A stretch of 40,760 nucleotides of DNA, from NCBI GenBank assembly GCA_001687465.1, contig LVLI01000124.1, positions 1 through 40,760 of the forward strand, read 5' to 3'. This document shows positions 10,242-22,073 of the stretch, piece by piece. This DNA comes from Halocafeteria seosinensis (lineage: Eukaryota). Position 1 is the first letter of the stretch. Every line of letters starts with the position of its first letter. Under the pieces are notes generated by a model, which was not told the origin of the DNA, ran no database searches, and saw only the letters and a list, made by a program, of their open reading frames with translations. A program made the translations under genes and the position numbers.

Positions 10242-13153
10242 TTAAGCACCTGAAGTTGAACTTACTGCAGCGTTGGCCATTGTCTGGTCACCATCAGCAT
10301 CAGTTTTCTGTTGCTCACGTTCCTTCATTCGAGCTTGGCTCTTTTCAGTCATTCGCTTCATTTCTCCTTCAATAGCCAGTAGATAAGGTTCTCTCAAAGT
10401 AGTTGGTAGAAAGAGACAAAATGCTTTGAGAAGCGGGGCATTGTCGTGGAACAGCCTTGTCATCTTCTTCGCCAGAACCATAGGACTCATCACACCATTG
10501 TGAAAGCGGTGCATTAGTTTCAGAAATCTGCAGAACACACCACTGTTTTTGCCGTAGACCGCTTGTACCCGCGCAACGTATTCTACGGAATCTTTGACAG
10601 ACAACCTAGCCTGTTTCTTCATGTAACCTCCTTGGGATAAATACTTCGAATAAGCGGCAGCATCATCTGTGTCGTCTTCGCTCTTGTACCGGTTTTCCAG
10701 ATTCTGGAAGGCTACGACGGCATATTTAGCAAATGAGCAATTACCATGCTCCATTTCCCGTGCCAACCTCTGGGCATCAGCCAATACAGCTGCTTTTCTT
10801 CGAAGCCTACTACCTTCACTCTCTTCGGAATATCCATGTTTGAGACGCTGGAAAAACCTTCGACTGTCCGCCGGAGGGGGACAACACTTGGAGCATAACC
10901 AAAACGGGCATTTGAACGCGGTCTCCCAGGTAGGTGTCATTCGTCTCATACGATATAGATTCCTATTCACATTGAATTGCTTCTGATTGATGGTTGCTTT
11001 GCAAGCCGGATTTTGACACACCAACACAGTGCTGGAGGGAAGGTTTCTGGAGAGGGTTCCTACTGCCGGCGCATCTCCATGGTTGCTGGGAAGCGATGCT
11101 CGATATGCTTCATCCATGCCATCCCCATTTGTGTTCGTATCTCCTGGACCAGAATCAGAAGCAGCTACCTCGGGGTAATTAGAAACAGGTCCGATAGAGG
11201 CCTGTTCCTCCCGCTTCTTCACGCCCCGTTGTTTATGTCGGTAGTACCACGCGACACAGTCATTCGTGGAAGCTCTCGGTACTCGGCGAGCAACTCGGTG
11301 ATATTCTTTTCCAAATAAGTTGAAAGCCTTCATGAAAGCCAACTCTTGCTCCTGGTCGAATTCGACTTGATAGCTCATTTGGACAAAATTTTCCGAGGTC
11401 ATATGTTCATATATACTTCTGCCCTTGTCAGGCGTTTTGTCGACCTGTATTGCTGCTGATGTGTCTGTGCCGCTGTTATTCTCGGACTCTTTCTTGGTAT
11501 CAGCGGTGTCTTTCAGTTTCATCAAAATCTTTTCCGCCGTTGACTCCCCCCAAGGAATTCCACCTCGTGGCGGCTCCCAATAGTCCACACTGGTTACAAC
11601 TGTATCAGGCTCCGTGTCATGGTCTAATGGGTCAGGAGATTGAGGGCGAAGCGACTCGTCGAGTTGCTTGATATAGGCTGACATGTCTTCCGGAACTTCG
11701 ATTTCACCCTTCGGTAGAACAATCTCCGGGATCTCAGCTTGATATTTTTCGCCCACACGAATATGATGGAGTTCAACAGCACTAGACCCACCCTCGGGAT
11801 GACTCTTCTCCATCGCTAAATGCCCGTAGGTATGAGCAGGTGGAGCAGAGTCAAGAGGGTCCATGGGTTCAAAGTCGTAACCGTATTCTTCCTCAGCAAA
11901 ATTATTCAACTTCTCGTCGGTTTCGTTAGACGCTTTTGGTCGACCTCTACCCGACTCTGATGCTTTTCGAGATTCAGATTCATATACACCCGTCTGTTCT
12001 ATTAAATTAGCGAGTACATCGGCTAGATCCTTCATTGTGACCCTGTCTTCCTCGATGTTCTCCATTACTGCATCCCATCGTGATGGATGAAATATCTTGA
12101 TAGATTTCATATGTGATGACCATAGCTTCAGATGCTTTAACCGGCGAATAAAGAAGGTGCATAGTTCTTGATTACCCTTGAGCTCGGGCAAACGCTTCAC
12201 ATTGATTGTGGAATTACGCCCCAGAGTTTGTATGTATTCCGCTGACATGTTCTTCGAAGACTTTGATACGGTATTTTGCACCTCCTTTTCTCCCATAGGG
12301 TCATCGTCATCCTGACTATTGCCATTGCTTCGGTTTCGGTCTCCCGCATTGTCTTCGGGGGTTGCTGCCTGGTCATCATGCACTTCAGCGTCTTGTCTTC
12401 TCGTTCTCTGCTGCTCTCCCTGGGAAGATCTTCTAGAGGAGGAACTCGGAGGACCTGAAGCAGGTTCATTTTGAATAAGTTGCAGCACCTGTCCCCTTGC
12501 GTCTTCAAATGCTTTCCGAGTATCATGGATTTCTTCCGTGGTCAACTCGGAGTAGCGTCCCTTCCTTGCAGTGCTATCAGGTGTATGAAATCGATATGAG
12601 CAATCAACATGCTCAATTTCACAATCGTTTCCTTCTACTGTTTTACTTCGTGGCATCAGGGGTTCGAATTTAGTGTCTTCTCCGCTGGGGCCTAGTCCGG
12701 GGAAGCGCACCACTGCTTGGGCAAGAATCGAGCCTAACTCGTTCTCATCGTCCTGGGCGACAAGTATACCAAAGCAATTCAAATAATTTAAATGTTCGTA
12801 GTAAAGGGAAGCGCAGTCACTTCCAGAACTTCCGTGTCGGATATGTTGCCTAGGATGGAAACTTAACTTACCAACGTGCTTAAAAACACTTGATCCTCAG
12901 TACCGGACGGTGGTTGCGCGATGCTTTCGATTTCCTGTCGGCGGAAGAACCAGCATCCCCGCATCATTGCTTCGCCATTACGTTGGAAAAGCTGACGGAC
13001 TAGCACTAGAAAAGGCGCAACTCCTTCTTCGGAACGAAGCAGCACCACATCTCCCACCGTCACAAGAATGTCTCCCACTTGAGCTGCATGAAAATACGAG
13101 CAGTCCGCGCTTTCGGACTGCTGTGCGGGGGCGATCCATGCGAGCGTAATCAT
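10242..13153 (-). CDS. Chromatin corepressor-like protein: BAH + ELM2 + SANT + C4 zinc finger + C-terminal PAH domain
   Basis: Exon 1 (13153-12872) encodes BAH 'VTVGDVVLLRS...MMRGCWFFRRQE...VFLSTL'. The 119-bp GT-AG intron 12871-12753 joins it to 'DDENELGSILAQAVV', completing the BAH. Then ELM2 'IRVGEKYQAEIP', SANT 'FDQEQELAFMKAFNLFGKEYHRVARRVPRASTNDCVAWYYRHK', 'CQNPAC...WLCSKC' and PAH 'VKDSVEYVARVQAVY...VFCRFLKLMHRF...LFHDNAPLLKAFCLFLP'. Confidence 0.88.
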
Positions 13154-13974
13154 GCTTGCAAAAAACGAAAGTTCCCTGGAAAGTCTTCAAAATCAACGAT
13201 TCCTGCCTGGATGACGGCCTGAATTCCTCGCGTTGGAATCACAAAACTCTGCAGTCGAAAAAGGCAATTTTTAGCTCCCAATCCCAAAGTATTCCACAGG
13301 TTAATTCTACTATCCCAAGACACCATTCGAAAGAAAAATAAATGGAGAGTTTGATAGTGTCAAGCCGACATTCGGAGGATACACTTAAGCATGCTAAATA
13401 CTTAGGTGTAAGTGGGGGTCGCATTCGGGGAAGGGAGGTGTTGACTTGGCAACGTTGAAGACAATCGCTACAGGGAAGCAGTAGGGGAAAATAAAACTAC
13501 AAAAAAGGCCACCGCTTCCATGAGCTTCACTACACTTGACAGGAGAAGAATCAACGAGAACTCACCTACTCGGTGAACCACCGATTCAAAGTCCAATTTG
13601 AAGAAGACCCCAGAAATTGAATAAGGAAAGGGCGACAGTTGCTTTCGCCTCGGCAAACCTCTCAATTCTTCCTCTTTTATGGCCGTCCCGGAACCGGGCT
13701 GACGTCCCGGATTTTCATAGCCAAAGAGTGGAATCGCCTACACGGGCAGACTGCGATATTGATACTAGTAGGCGAACTGTGGGAAATTTCGTTTCCTATT
13801 CCATTGCTTAAGGATGGGAAAGCCCTTGGGTGGAAATATCGTTTCTGGATGGTTGTCACGCCAGAAGTTCCTAACTTCCTTAAGCCAAGCAAGTTAGGCT
13901 AGCCATTGCTCGATGTTGTATAGCGGATTCACATTACAAGTACAAAATAATGCAACAACGCGTTGTGTCGTATA

Positions 13975-14173
13975 GGCGAGCCAGGCCATTAAGAGTATCT
14001 ATCCAGCAACAACGACAATGACCCCAGCCACAGCGCAAAAGCCGGTTCGAAGTGGAAACTTGAGAAAATACGGTGAAGCTGTTGGAGCGATTCCTGGTAC
14101 GGTTCACCCCAGACACGGCTTAGCGTAGCCTGCAGACTACACGTCTTCCGGTAGGAGCAATACCAATACACAC
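13975..14173 (+). mobile_element. Degraded 3' end of a CRE-like non-LTR retrotransposon
   Basis: Homologous to the reverse complement of 19016-19220. Encodes 'AKAGSKWKLE' and 'TVKLLERFLVRFTPDTA*', versus 'KAPGSRWNKE' and 'NVKMLNRFRVTFIPHTA*' in that copy. Same 3' UTR, ending CAATACACAC. Confidence 0.75.
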
Positions 14174-15916
14174 CCCACTGTGAAGCCCAAAAAGGTTGAA
14201 GTTTCGTCTCCGGCACGGGAACTCTGGTTACCAGAGTCTGGTACAACCTGTTGTACCTGTACATGTATTATGGAGCCTTTCACTCATCCTTAGGAGAATA
14301 GGTTACATGAAAAGTTTGCTTATTCAATTGAAAACAAGTTAGTACATTTTTCTTCGACAGAACTGAACTCAGTCAAAATCGCTCCACTACTGAAGTTGGT
14401 GGTAAACGCTGATTTGTAGCCACTGGTCAAAGATACACGGCCCTCCAGGTGATGCTGCTTTGGTGAAGATAGACTAAAGTCTTTGAGAAAAGAAAATTGG
14501 CGCTCCAGACATACCGCTGAGCACTCTCGAGCAACATCTACAGAAGGGGTCCATTTACTGTACAGTAGTTGCCATGCAGTTCGTCGTGCAACATAAAGAT
14601 CTGTGCCATGCTGCCGTTAAGCTTGACGGCAATGTTGGAAAGCTATTTGCGCTGGTATGCGCAAAGACCCCAAGAGATGTTTCTGGATGAGTGTGTGGAG
14701 TATTGGGAGGAGGTAATTGAAACTGAACCAAAAGAAGTGTGCACAACATCGGGAGGGAATGAAGCGGACAGGAAATCCGAGTGCGAAGAAATTGTCACTA
14801 TGATGAGAATGCATCTGGCGAACTTTGTTTCGAGTAGCAAAGCTGTGCTAATTCCATAACAATTACAATAGAATATAGGCTGAAGTTTCAGGAAGATGCT
14901 ACTGAAGACGAAAAGAAGATACGCGGAAACAAAGACCAGCTGCATCAAGGAATTCTCCGGTAATTCTGCAGATCAGCTATTGCAAAGATGATACCATAAA
15001 GCCAGTTTACCCTCTCGCATCAGTTGCATACCATGCCGATCCGGACTGAATTATTTGAGTGCACAGAAAGCTGAAAAAAATTGCGGCCGTCGTCCTCATC
15101 GGAGAATGAACGCGCACGTCAAGAAGCGAAAGAGGGCGCAAGCCAAACAAGAAGGAAGAGGTATGAGGCTCCTTTATGCAAGAGTATCGGAGACAGCAAA
15201 AGCTGCAACAAGAAGCTGAAGAGAAGAGGCGCGCAAGAAAGCAGTAAGAGTCGAGCTTGTGAGCGAAGAATATTTCCATTGACCGAACGCCTTATTATGC
15301 GTGTTTAGTGGACCTGCTCCTCTTCATGATCTGCTTATCCCCTCTACAAAGCTCCAATTCAGCAGCGAACTGTTCGTAATGACCGGAAACGATGAGTCTT
15401 GATGGTGGAACTACCGGCACGTGGGGATTGCTGCGGGCGGGAAATGATGTTCATGGAATTGTGCGTAACGCAAAGAAACCATTCTAGTTGCACCATCCAA
15501 CTATGCTATTTGTCAGGAGCAACCAATTGGTAATGCGAGAGGATGTCAATTTCTACGTTAATGGGTGGAGGACACCTACTGACAACTTGCCCACCGTTTC
15601 GATACTGGCAACTAGAGATGTAAACAAGGGGAACATCAGTGCTGATCACCGAACCGTTCGAGTTATTGCCATTCCGGGGAGTGCTTGGCTAGCAGAAAGG
15701 CCCCCATTGTTACTGCTACAGAAGTCGCCGAAATCGCATGATCGCATCATCGTCCACCATTATGCGAAAGTTACAACCGACCCAAACCTACTGGTATGTT
15801 ACTCGAGGATGAGGCTGCTTCTGCACAATTTCCCCCGTGACTTTTTGACACGCAGAATTATACCAGCCCAAAAAGAAACCGTTGGTTGGTTCTTTGAAAT
15901 GCCTTGCCGAACATCT

Positions 15917-17944
15917 TCAGCCTTGTACCGTGCGTTTGGGTCTTTGAGCAGGCAGTACAATGACCTCGTCAGACTGATCGTCTCGATTACCCGCAACCAA
16001 AGTTCTACCCGTATTTGTTTCGGAAGGTGTCGGCATGGAGCTTGGTGTTGGAGTCGAGCTAGTAGATGTCGAAGTTGGTGTACCACTTGCAGAGAGTGAG
16101 CAAGTGCTTGACGAAGTCTCCGACCTAGTGAAAGTGGGCGTTTGGGTATGCGTCAAACTTCCAGTTGGAGTCCTAGTTTGGCTCTGCGACGACGATGGAG
16201 TAGCACTTGCAGGCGATGTAAAGCTGCTTGAAGGGGTCTCCGACCTTGTCGTTGTCACTGATGGCGTGCCCCTCAGCGATGGAGTAGCGGACGGCGGCCC
16301 TAATTGAAAGCGTAGAATCGGTAGATTCTCCTCTTCGTCCTCCCGTTCTCGTCTATCTAGAGCCCATACGTCGTCCGACCATCCTCCCAGTTGATACAGT
16401 TGCCCCTGTATGTCCGTCAAATTATCTGAATTGCCTGTCTCTGCAAGATTGGCGCCATTATCCACTCCAACGATCGACGTTGCTCCATTTCCATTGTACA
16501 CTGAGTATTTCACTTCGATAGTACCACTTGCATCATTAAGTATTTGCCCTATAATTCCACCAGCATCCGTATCTGTGACTGCACCTGATGCATATGTATT
16601 TGTGACGTAGACATCTCCTGTAGGATGGTTTGATTGCCCTCCTGTCTGGTCTCCTGTAATACCTCCTGCTTTGGTGCCACTAATAGTTCCTCGTGTATAA
16701 CAATCTACAATACGTACTTCACCCCCATCGTCTGCTATATCGCTTCCGCTAATCCCTCCACTATAATCTGCAGATATTTGCCCCATACTATAACATTCCT
16801 TGATATAAACGAATCCATTGGTATGACCAGCATTGATACCCACTATACCACCACTCCCTTCAGCACCAGGAAAAATATCTCCTGTGGAATAGGAACGAGT
16901 AATAGATACTTGACCATTCGCAAGACCAGTAAGACTTCCACAAATTCCACCTGCACGTTCTCTTTCAATATTCCCAGTGGAATAACAATCCGTGATATTA
17001 ACAATCCCATGATTGTGTCCAAGTTGTCTCCCGGCAATACCACCTGCTCGATCACCCCCTATCCTCCCTGTCGAACACGAATTCGATATCGTGATTTGAC
17101 CATGATCACTGCCACTTCGCCAACCACACATACCACCACCCCGGCTACCCATAATATCTCCTGATGAACTGCAGGAATCTATGATAAAGAATTTCTGCTG
17201 TGGTCGGACAATGAATCCACCATCAGATGCAGTTTCCCCATTCCTAACATCAAGATTCCGAATCAAGGGAGCTTGATCAAATGATGCAGCACTACTCAGT
17301 ATCGTAAACAATCCTTCGAAATTTGTTATTCCGTTCAGATCCATGATATGACCATTCTGCCGGCCACCATCAAATACCTCGTTCGCACCCAACGAGATGT
17401 AATCTTGATTCGTATAGCCATGATCATCCCATGCCAACACACTACAATTCATTTCAAACTGGTGCTGAGCCGCATTGTAATGGAAGCAGAATTCGTCTCC
17501 GCTTTCAATTCTGGGTCGTAAATCTGTTGCTGCTGCCTCATTCGCAAGAATGCAGCCAACAAACAATGACGCCAGCGCAACCGTCATTTGTGAATACGCC
17601 AGAGACGCTTTTAAATCTCTTCGATGTGCTAACGGTTTCATTCTCATATTAGGGGCTAGCCATATCAGTGTATAGATTGGGGCTTTATATTTCAATCGAG
17701 AAGTTTGTTCCAATGGGTTACTGGGAACTACCGAAAAATCTTCAGCACCCGGAACTGCCCACCTCGGAAACTCCCAACTCAATGCTAGAACCTGGAATGA
17801 TGCGATCAGCAGACTGAATAAAACAAGCAGTGATTTCTCCTTGGGGAAAGTCGAGGCATGGGTTCTAAGGGACGTCGTGTGTTCAGAGGCGGGAAATAGT
17901 TGTTGGCCACGACATGTATGGAGTGGATTCACAACATTCGCCAT
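15917..17944 (-). CDS. GLUG-motif beta-helix surface/secreted protein with Ser/Thr-rich stalk (paralog 1)
   Basis: Part of ORF 15917-18754. Repeated 'CYSTG.I....AGGI.G' coils, two N-terminal hydrophobic segments, 'ENLPILRFQL' and an S/T/P tail. Similarity to paralog 2 begins near Met 17944 (MANVVNPL vs MDPL), although the frame is open to 18754. Confidence 0.85.
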   Translation of the reverse strand: MANVVNPLHTCRGQQLFPASEHTTSLRTHASTFPKEKSLLVLFSLLIASFQVLALSWEFPRWAVPGAEDFSVVPSNPLEQTSRLKYKAPIYTLIWLAPNMRMKPLAHRRDLKASLAYSQMTVALASLFVGCILANEAAATDLRPRIESGDEFCFHYNAAQHQFEMNCSVLAWDDHGYTNQDYISLGANEVFDGGRQNGHIMDLNGITNFEGLFTILSSAASFDQAPLIRNLDVRNGETASDGGFIVRPQQKFFIIDSCSSSGDIMGSRGGGMCGWRSGSDHGQITISNSCSTGRIGGDRAGGIAGRQLGHNHGIVNITDCYSTGNIERERAGGICGSLTGLANGQVSITRSYSTGDIFPGAEGSGGIVGINAGHTNGFVYIKECYSMGQISADYSGGISGSDIADDGGEVRIVDCYTRGTISGTKAGGITGDQTGGQSNHPTGDVYVTNTYASGAVTDTDAGGIIGQILNDASGTIEVKYSVYNGNGATSIVGVDNGANLAETGNSDNLTDIQGQLYQLGGWSDDVWALDRREREDEEENLPILRFQLGPPSATPSLRGTPSVTTTRSETPSSSFTSPASATPSSSQSQTRTPTGSLTHTQTPTFTRSETSSSTCSLSASGTPTSTSTSSTPTPSSMPTPSETNTGRTLVAGNRDDQSDEVIVLPAQRPKRTVQG

Positions 17945-18248
17945 AGTGTTGACAGTCGCAAAAGCAGTATTTTTTCGTCCATGGGCACAGCTAGGCAGAT
18001 GATCAGATGGTAAAAAGTTTTTGCGCTCTCCAGGGCAACGTATCTGAGTTCTAGCAACCAGTGTTCTCGAGGTACTGCTAGCGAGCTGGCTCCACCAACG
18101 AACTGACTTGACCGTTGTCCAATAAAACCTTTTATAGAAATCGTCCTTCACTTCGAGGTGTACGTTCGTCTCGGACGTTAGCAACCAGTGACTGAAGAAT
18201 CCCATGTACTTCTTGTCACTACTCTCCTGTGCGACGTAAATCGTTGCA

Positions 18249-18508
18249 AGATGCTTCACTGCAACTGGATCCTTCAGGAGAGTACCGGTAATATTTAGGT
18301 AACGCATCCTTCTTCCCGTATTTCCAAGTATGCAGTGGTAACAAGATTCTACGTGTTGTCCCTTTTCTCCTCGGAACAACGAGCCACCCAGCATTGGAAG
18401 ACAATAGACATGGCTGGTTTTATGTTTCCTGCGGATCGAATTAGGCGACCAGAACATACGCGGAGAGCAGACCAGATGCTTCACTGCAACTGGATCTTTC
18501 AGGAGAGT
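18249..18508. repeat. 35-bp direct repeat, 225 bp apart
   Basis: AGATGCTTCACTGCAACTGGATC(C/T)TTCAGGAGAGT at 18249-18283 and 18474-18508, giving TLLKDPVAVKHL twice on the minus strand. Confidence 0.9.
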
Positions 18509-19015
18509 CATATGTAGGGAATGCATGAAGAGCAGACCAGCATATACTCCATACACCTGGGGAATACCACACTCAGAAGAGAGTCCATGTACGCGCTGCT
18601 CAATGGGGTTGATGTTGGGATTGGGACAGTTCAGTTGCTTTTGCTCATTGTCGGATATCAAGCGAGTACGGAAAACGATGAAAGCAACCTTTTTCGACGC
18701 CAGCGTCCATTGCAAGATGAACGAAGATGGTAGGCGTTTTATGGGCCGTGCCATGGTTATAAGCTTTAGGAAACGCGATGAATCGCGCGCTACTCTTTTT
18801 CGCTGCTCCGCTGCTCCGTGTTCTTTCTTCCTTTAGCTGTCCGACGCCTTGGTTTCCTATGGCTCCGGAGGAATGCTTCATTTGTTTAAGAGTACTTTTT
18901 CCGGTTTATGGTTCGGTCGTCAATACTGTACTGTATACACAACTTTTGTACCGGTACTTGTACATACTACCGGTACTAGAGCAAGAGCCGCGTCTTCACA
19001 CTGTAGTTCACAGAA

Positions 19016-19385
19016 GTGTGTATTGATATTGCTCCTACCGAAAGACGTGTCTGCTGCAGGCTACTCTACGCTGTGTGAGGGATGAATGTTACCCGGAACC
19101 GGTTCAGCATCTTCACGTTGTGGCGCATCAAGTTGCCATCAACGTGACTGACAGTTTGGCCGTCATCAGCTTGCGGAAGTTCCGCATCTCCTTGTTCCAG
19201 CGGGAGCCCGGTGCTTTCCTCGCAATCCTCTTGAGGAACTTGATTGCGTCTTCCCCGAAGCCGCCCGTCGCCTCTATCGCGTACGGGATAATTTTCGTGT
19301 GGTGGTTCCTCAGGTGCCCGTATTATGTCCGCTTCATCTTCTCCGCTTCTGCCGCGATGACCCAATGGGTAATGGTTTCTCTTGC
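19016..19385 (-). mobile_element. 5'-truncated, decayed CRE-clade non-LTR retrotransposon (end of restriction-like endonuclease domain plus 3' UTR)
   Basis: Minus strand reads IAAEAEKMKRT*YGHLRNHHTKIIPYAIEATGGFGEDAIKFLKRIARK...KLSVTLM, an 11-nt insertion, then RHNVKML...PHTA*. This fits the CRE RLE C-terminal pattern 'A..AE..K..KY...P.A.E..G..G..A..FL..IA...LSV.L...N'. Confidence 0.8.
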
Positions 19386-19760
19386 TTAGACTGGACACCC
19401 AGAGCTACGCACACGGTAGAGATGTCGAGAGGTTTATCGACTTCAGGCTCCACGACAAGCGGATCCTCGTCCACTGGAAGGGCTACCCAGAGGCAGCACG
19501 GACGTGAGAAGGACCTGGGTAGCCGCACCTTCTTTGACCTCGAGCAGGAGATGTACTGCAATCTGGGCTATGTTGACGAAACTGAGGCGAACGGAACTCC
19601 TGAGGTGCCACCTCCCGCGTCAGGTGGTGGCTTGTCATTGGCCACAACTGTTGCGTCTGGACCAACACTTAATGCTAACTGCGCTGCTGCAACCGGTCCT
19701 GGCGTCGCTAGTAGTGTGAAAACACCGGAATCAGAGCAAAATCGTTTATAGGGTAACATC

Positions 19761-20020
19761 GCAGCAATTAATTTTTATTATTTTTTGTGAGTTATTACTC
19801 GATCGTTAAATCTCACTGTAACATCTCCGTTATCTGGGTTATAAATACCCATTAAAGGAAAAAGTTTTTTCTCATTTTTTAACTTTAGCATTGATGGCAA
19901 AGGGGTAAATGGAACATTAGTCATTAAAGACTTGAACAGCCCATCAGATTGTATAGGTGATATTTGGTTTGTTGTTGTTACCAAAATAAAAATGCCGAAT
20001 AATGACGTATGTTCTGCCAA
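19761..20020 (-). other. Small AT-rich foreign island holding the 3' end of an ORF
   Basis: AT-rich tract of about 260 bp between GC-balanced flanks. The minus frame is open across it (...SPIQSDGLFKSLMTNVPF...LFPLMGIYNPDNGDVTVRFNDRVITHKK) and ends in tandem TAA stops. Confidence 0.5.
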
Positions 20021-20054
20021 GGGAAAGAAGTCAAGTCAATTCACTTGGCTGACC

Positions 20055-21312
20055 ATGAACGTCATTCTTTGCATTGTTATCGTCTTATTGGTGGTGATTA
20101 TCATATACTTGGCTTCAAGCAAGTGGAAGACCCCCAAAAAGATCGCATGGGATAACGATGCCAGCACCAGTGTGACGAACCCTCGCGCTACGGGCTGGGT
20201 CACAAGTGATATGACGAAATATCTGCCACGCCCATTAGTACCCAAAGGTGGCAAAGACACATGGTCGGCGGATCCTTGCTTTGAGTTAAATAAGCGTCTG
20301 TGTAACGATAACGAACTCAACTACGAGGGCCAGCAACTTTATGAAACAAAGGCTCATCGGGAGATGGTCACCTTCTTGTTATTGCAGGCAGGATGATTGA
20401 ATAAAGGGTATTTTAAAAATAAAGACGGAGTTCAGTCTCGCCTCCTTACTGGTCCCAGAGGAATTGGAAAGTCAACAACATTGCGCGAATTTACGCGGTT
20501 ATGCGCACTGATTTTTCCAGCTATAGTTCCGATTTATATTTCCTTTGAGGATATCAAATACTCCGGTAAGTTACAGCAAACGGCGCTTGATGACTTACTG
20601 ATTGAATTACTGTCCGAAGCTGGGGTATCTCTAGGTAACATACATCAGACCGCACACAAGATGTCCGCAATTGCACGCACGCTCACAGATCAAGGCAAAT
20701 ATTGCTTCCTTCTTTTGGATGAGCTCGAGGAGGTATACTCTCTCGATGCTTCCATCGCGAACAAGGGGGTGTCATTGAATGCTTTGAGATGTCTGGCGAC
20801 AGACCGTACCGGGTCATTTTATACGGTGCTTTGCGGTTCATCTACTGATCTACCGCATCTCATCACTGCGGACATAAGGAAGGAACTTAACAAGTACCCA
20901 CAGCTAAAATATGTTGGACCATTGAACGGAACAAAATTCGAAGAACGGCGAGTTCAGCCTAGCTATTGTGGAGATACAAAAGCGTTGGAAAGTAAATGCA
21001 TGATTGTACCGAACAACAAAGGAAGATCGCGGCGTTTTTTGTAGGGGTGTTCCCTCGGCAACTTGAAAAGATCGTCCCTACCCTGACAAAATTAGCGGAA
21101 TCCCCGACGGTGAGAGACGTAGAAGAATTATCGCAAGAACTGCGTGATTTTATTGCTCCTATTGATAAACGTGACGCTGCGAACAATACTTGGGAACAAA
21201 CTAGCGCCGCTGTAAGACAAAATTCTACGGAAAATGTATGAACAGAACGAAGACCAGTTTAAGGATGTGTTCACCAAAAAAAAAGGAATTGAAGTTAGGT
21301 GTGATCTGTAAG
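20055..21312 (+). pseudogene. N-terminally membrane-anchored P-loop NTPase (STAND/Crinkler-associated NTPase-like), disrupted
   Basis: TM segment 'MNVILCIVIVLLVVIIIYLA', in-frame TGA at 20394-20396, Walker A 'LLTGPRGIGKSTT', Walker B 'CFLLLDE' and 'TVLCGSS'. A frameshift near 21000 leads to 'FFVGVFPRQL' (GxP-like). Confidence 0.75.
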
Positions 21313-22073
21313 AAGGATTCGTCGTGTTTGGGGAAGGTGAAAAAAGTGAGTTGTGCCAAGATATCCTTTCATAAGCTGCAGAGAGACCTAGTGACTCAAC
21401 CTTTAAGAGGATCCCTCCCGTTATTCCTACGAATGTCGAATGTTCTGTGTACTTCGAATTACTTTAACGCTTGGGGACGTTTTCCGCTCGTGAGCAACGT
21501 CCTCGTTATGCACGGTCTTTTTCCTGCTTTTCTGGGTTATCTGAGACCTTATACAATACAGTATTGATGCCAGAGAAAGGACGAACGGAAGAAACTCTCA
21601 CAGTAACTCTTGTTGGAGCCTCGGACAAGGCAAGCATTGCAGAGATACCAGGCACTGTAGTATACAGTACAGTATAAAGAAACAGAGAAAAAGGCAGCGA
21701 CACTCAAGTTGACTACCATGGCACCATCCACGAGGCATCCTTAATTTTTGCTCACTTTCATCACTTTGGGATGAATGCTTATGTTGACTTGGGTGGCCTT
21801 GCTTGCTGTCCTCGCTTGATATATGATCAAAGCAACCGATCCCGTAGACAGTACAATACCGCATGTATGTAGCATGTATCGCATTGGGATACTCTGGGTT
21901 ATGGATTTCCATGTACCACTTTCGATAAGGAAGTAGTAAGTCAGCGAAGGTAAATCGTTGGGTTTGTTCTGCTCGTACTGTCCAGTTTTATTGGATTCGA
22001 TTGATTCGCAGTAAACGGAGAAGCCATCGTCCCCGCATCGTTGTTACTTCCTGGGAAGGAAGCACGCAATAGT

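Noticed and set aside
13340..13902. Possible divergent gene upstream of the BAH gene, including 'YGRPGTG' as a Walker A
   Set aside because: Lacks the GK[ST] lysine, and the candidate spliced frames hit stops.
14400..15916. Coding-like fragments (coiled-coil-like ORFs, SET-like 'ATRDVNKG')
   Set aside because: Fragmentary with multiple stops, and the motif is too short to support a call.
20394..20396. TGA read-through or alternative genetic code in the NTPase
   Set aside because: The same gene also has frameshifts and TGA terminates other genes in the window, so pseudogenisation is the simpler explanation.
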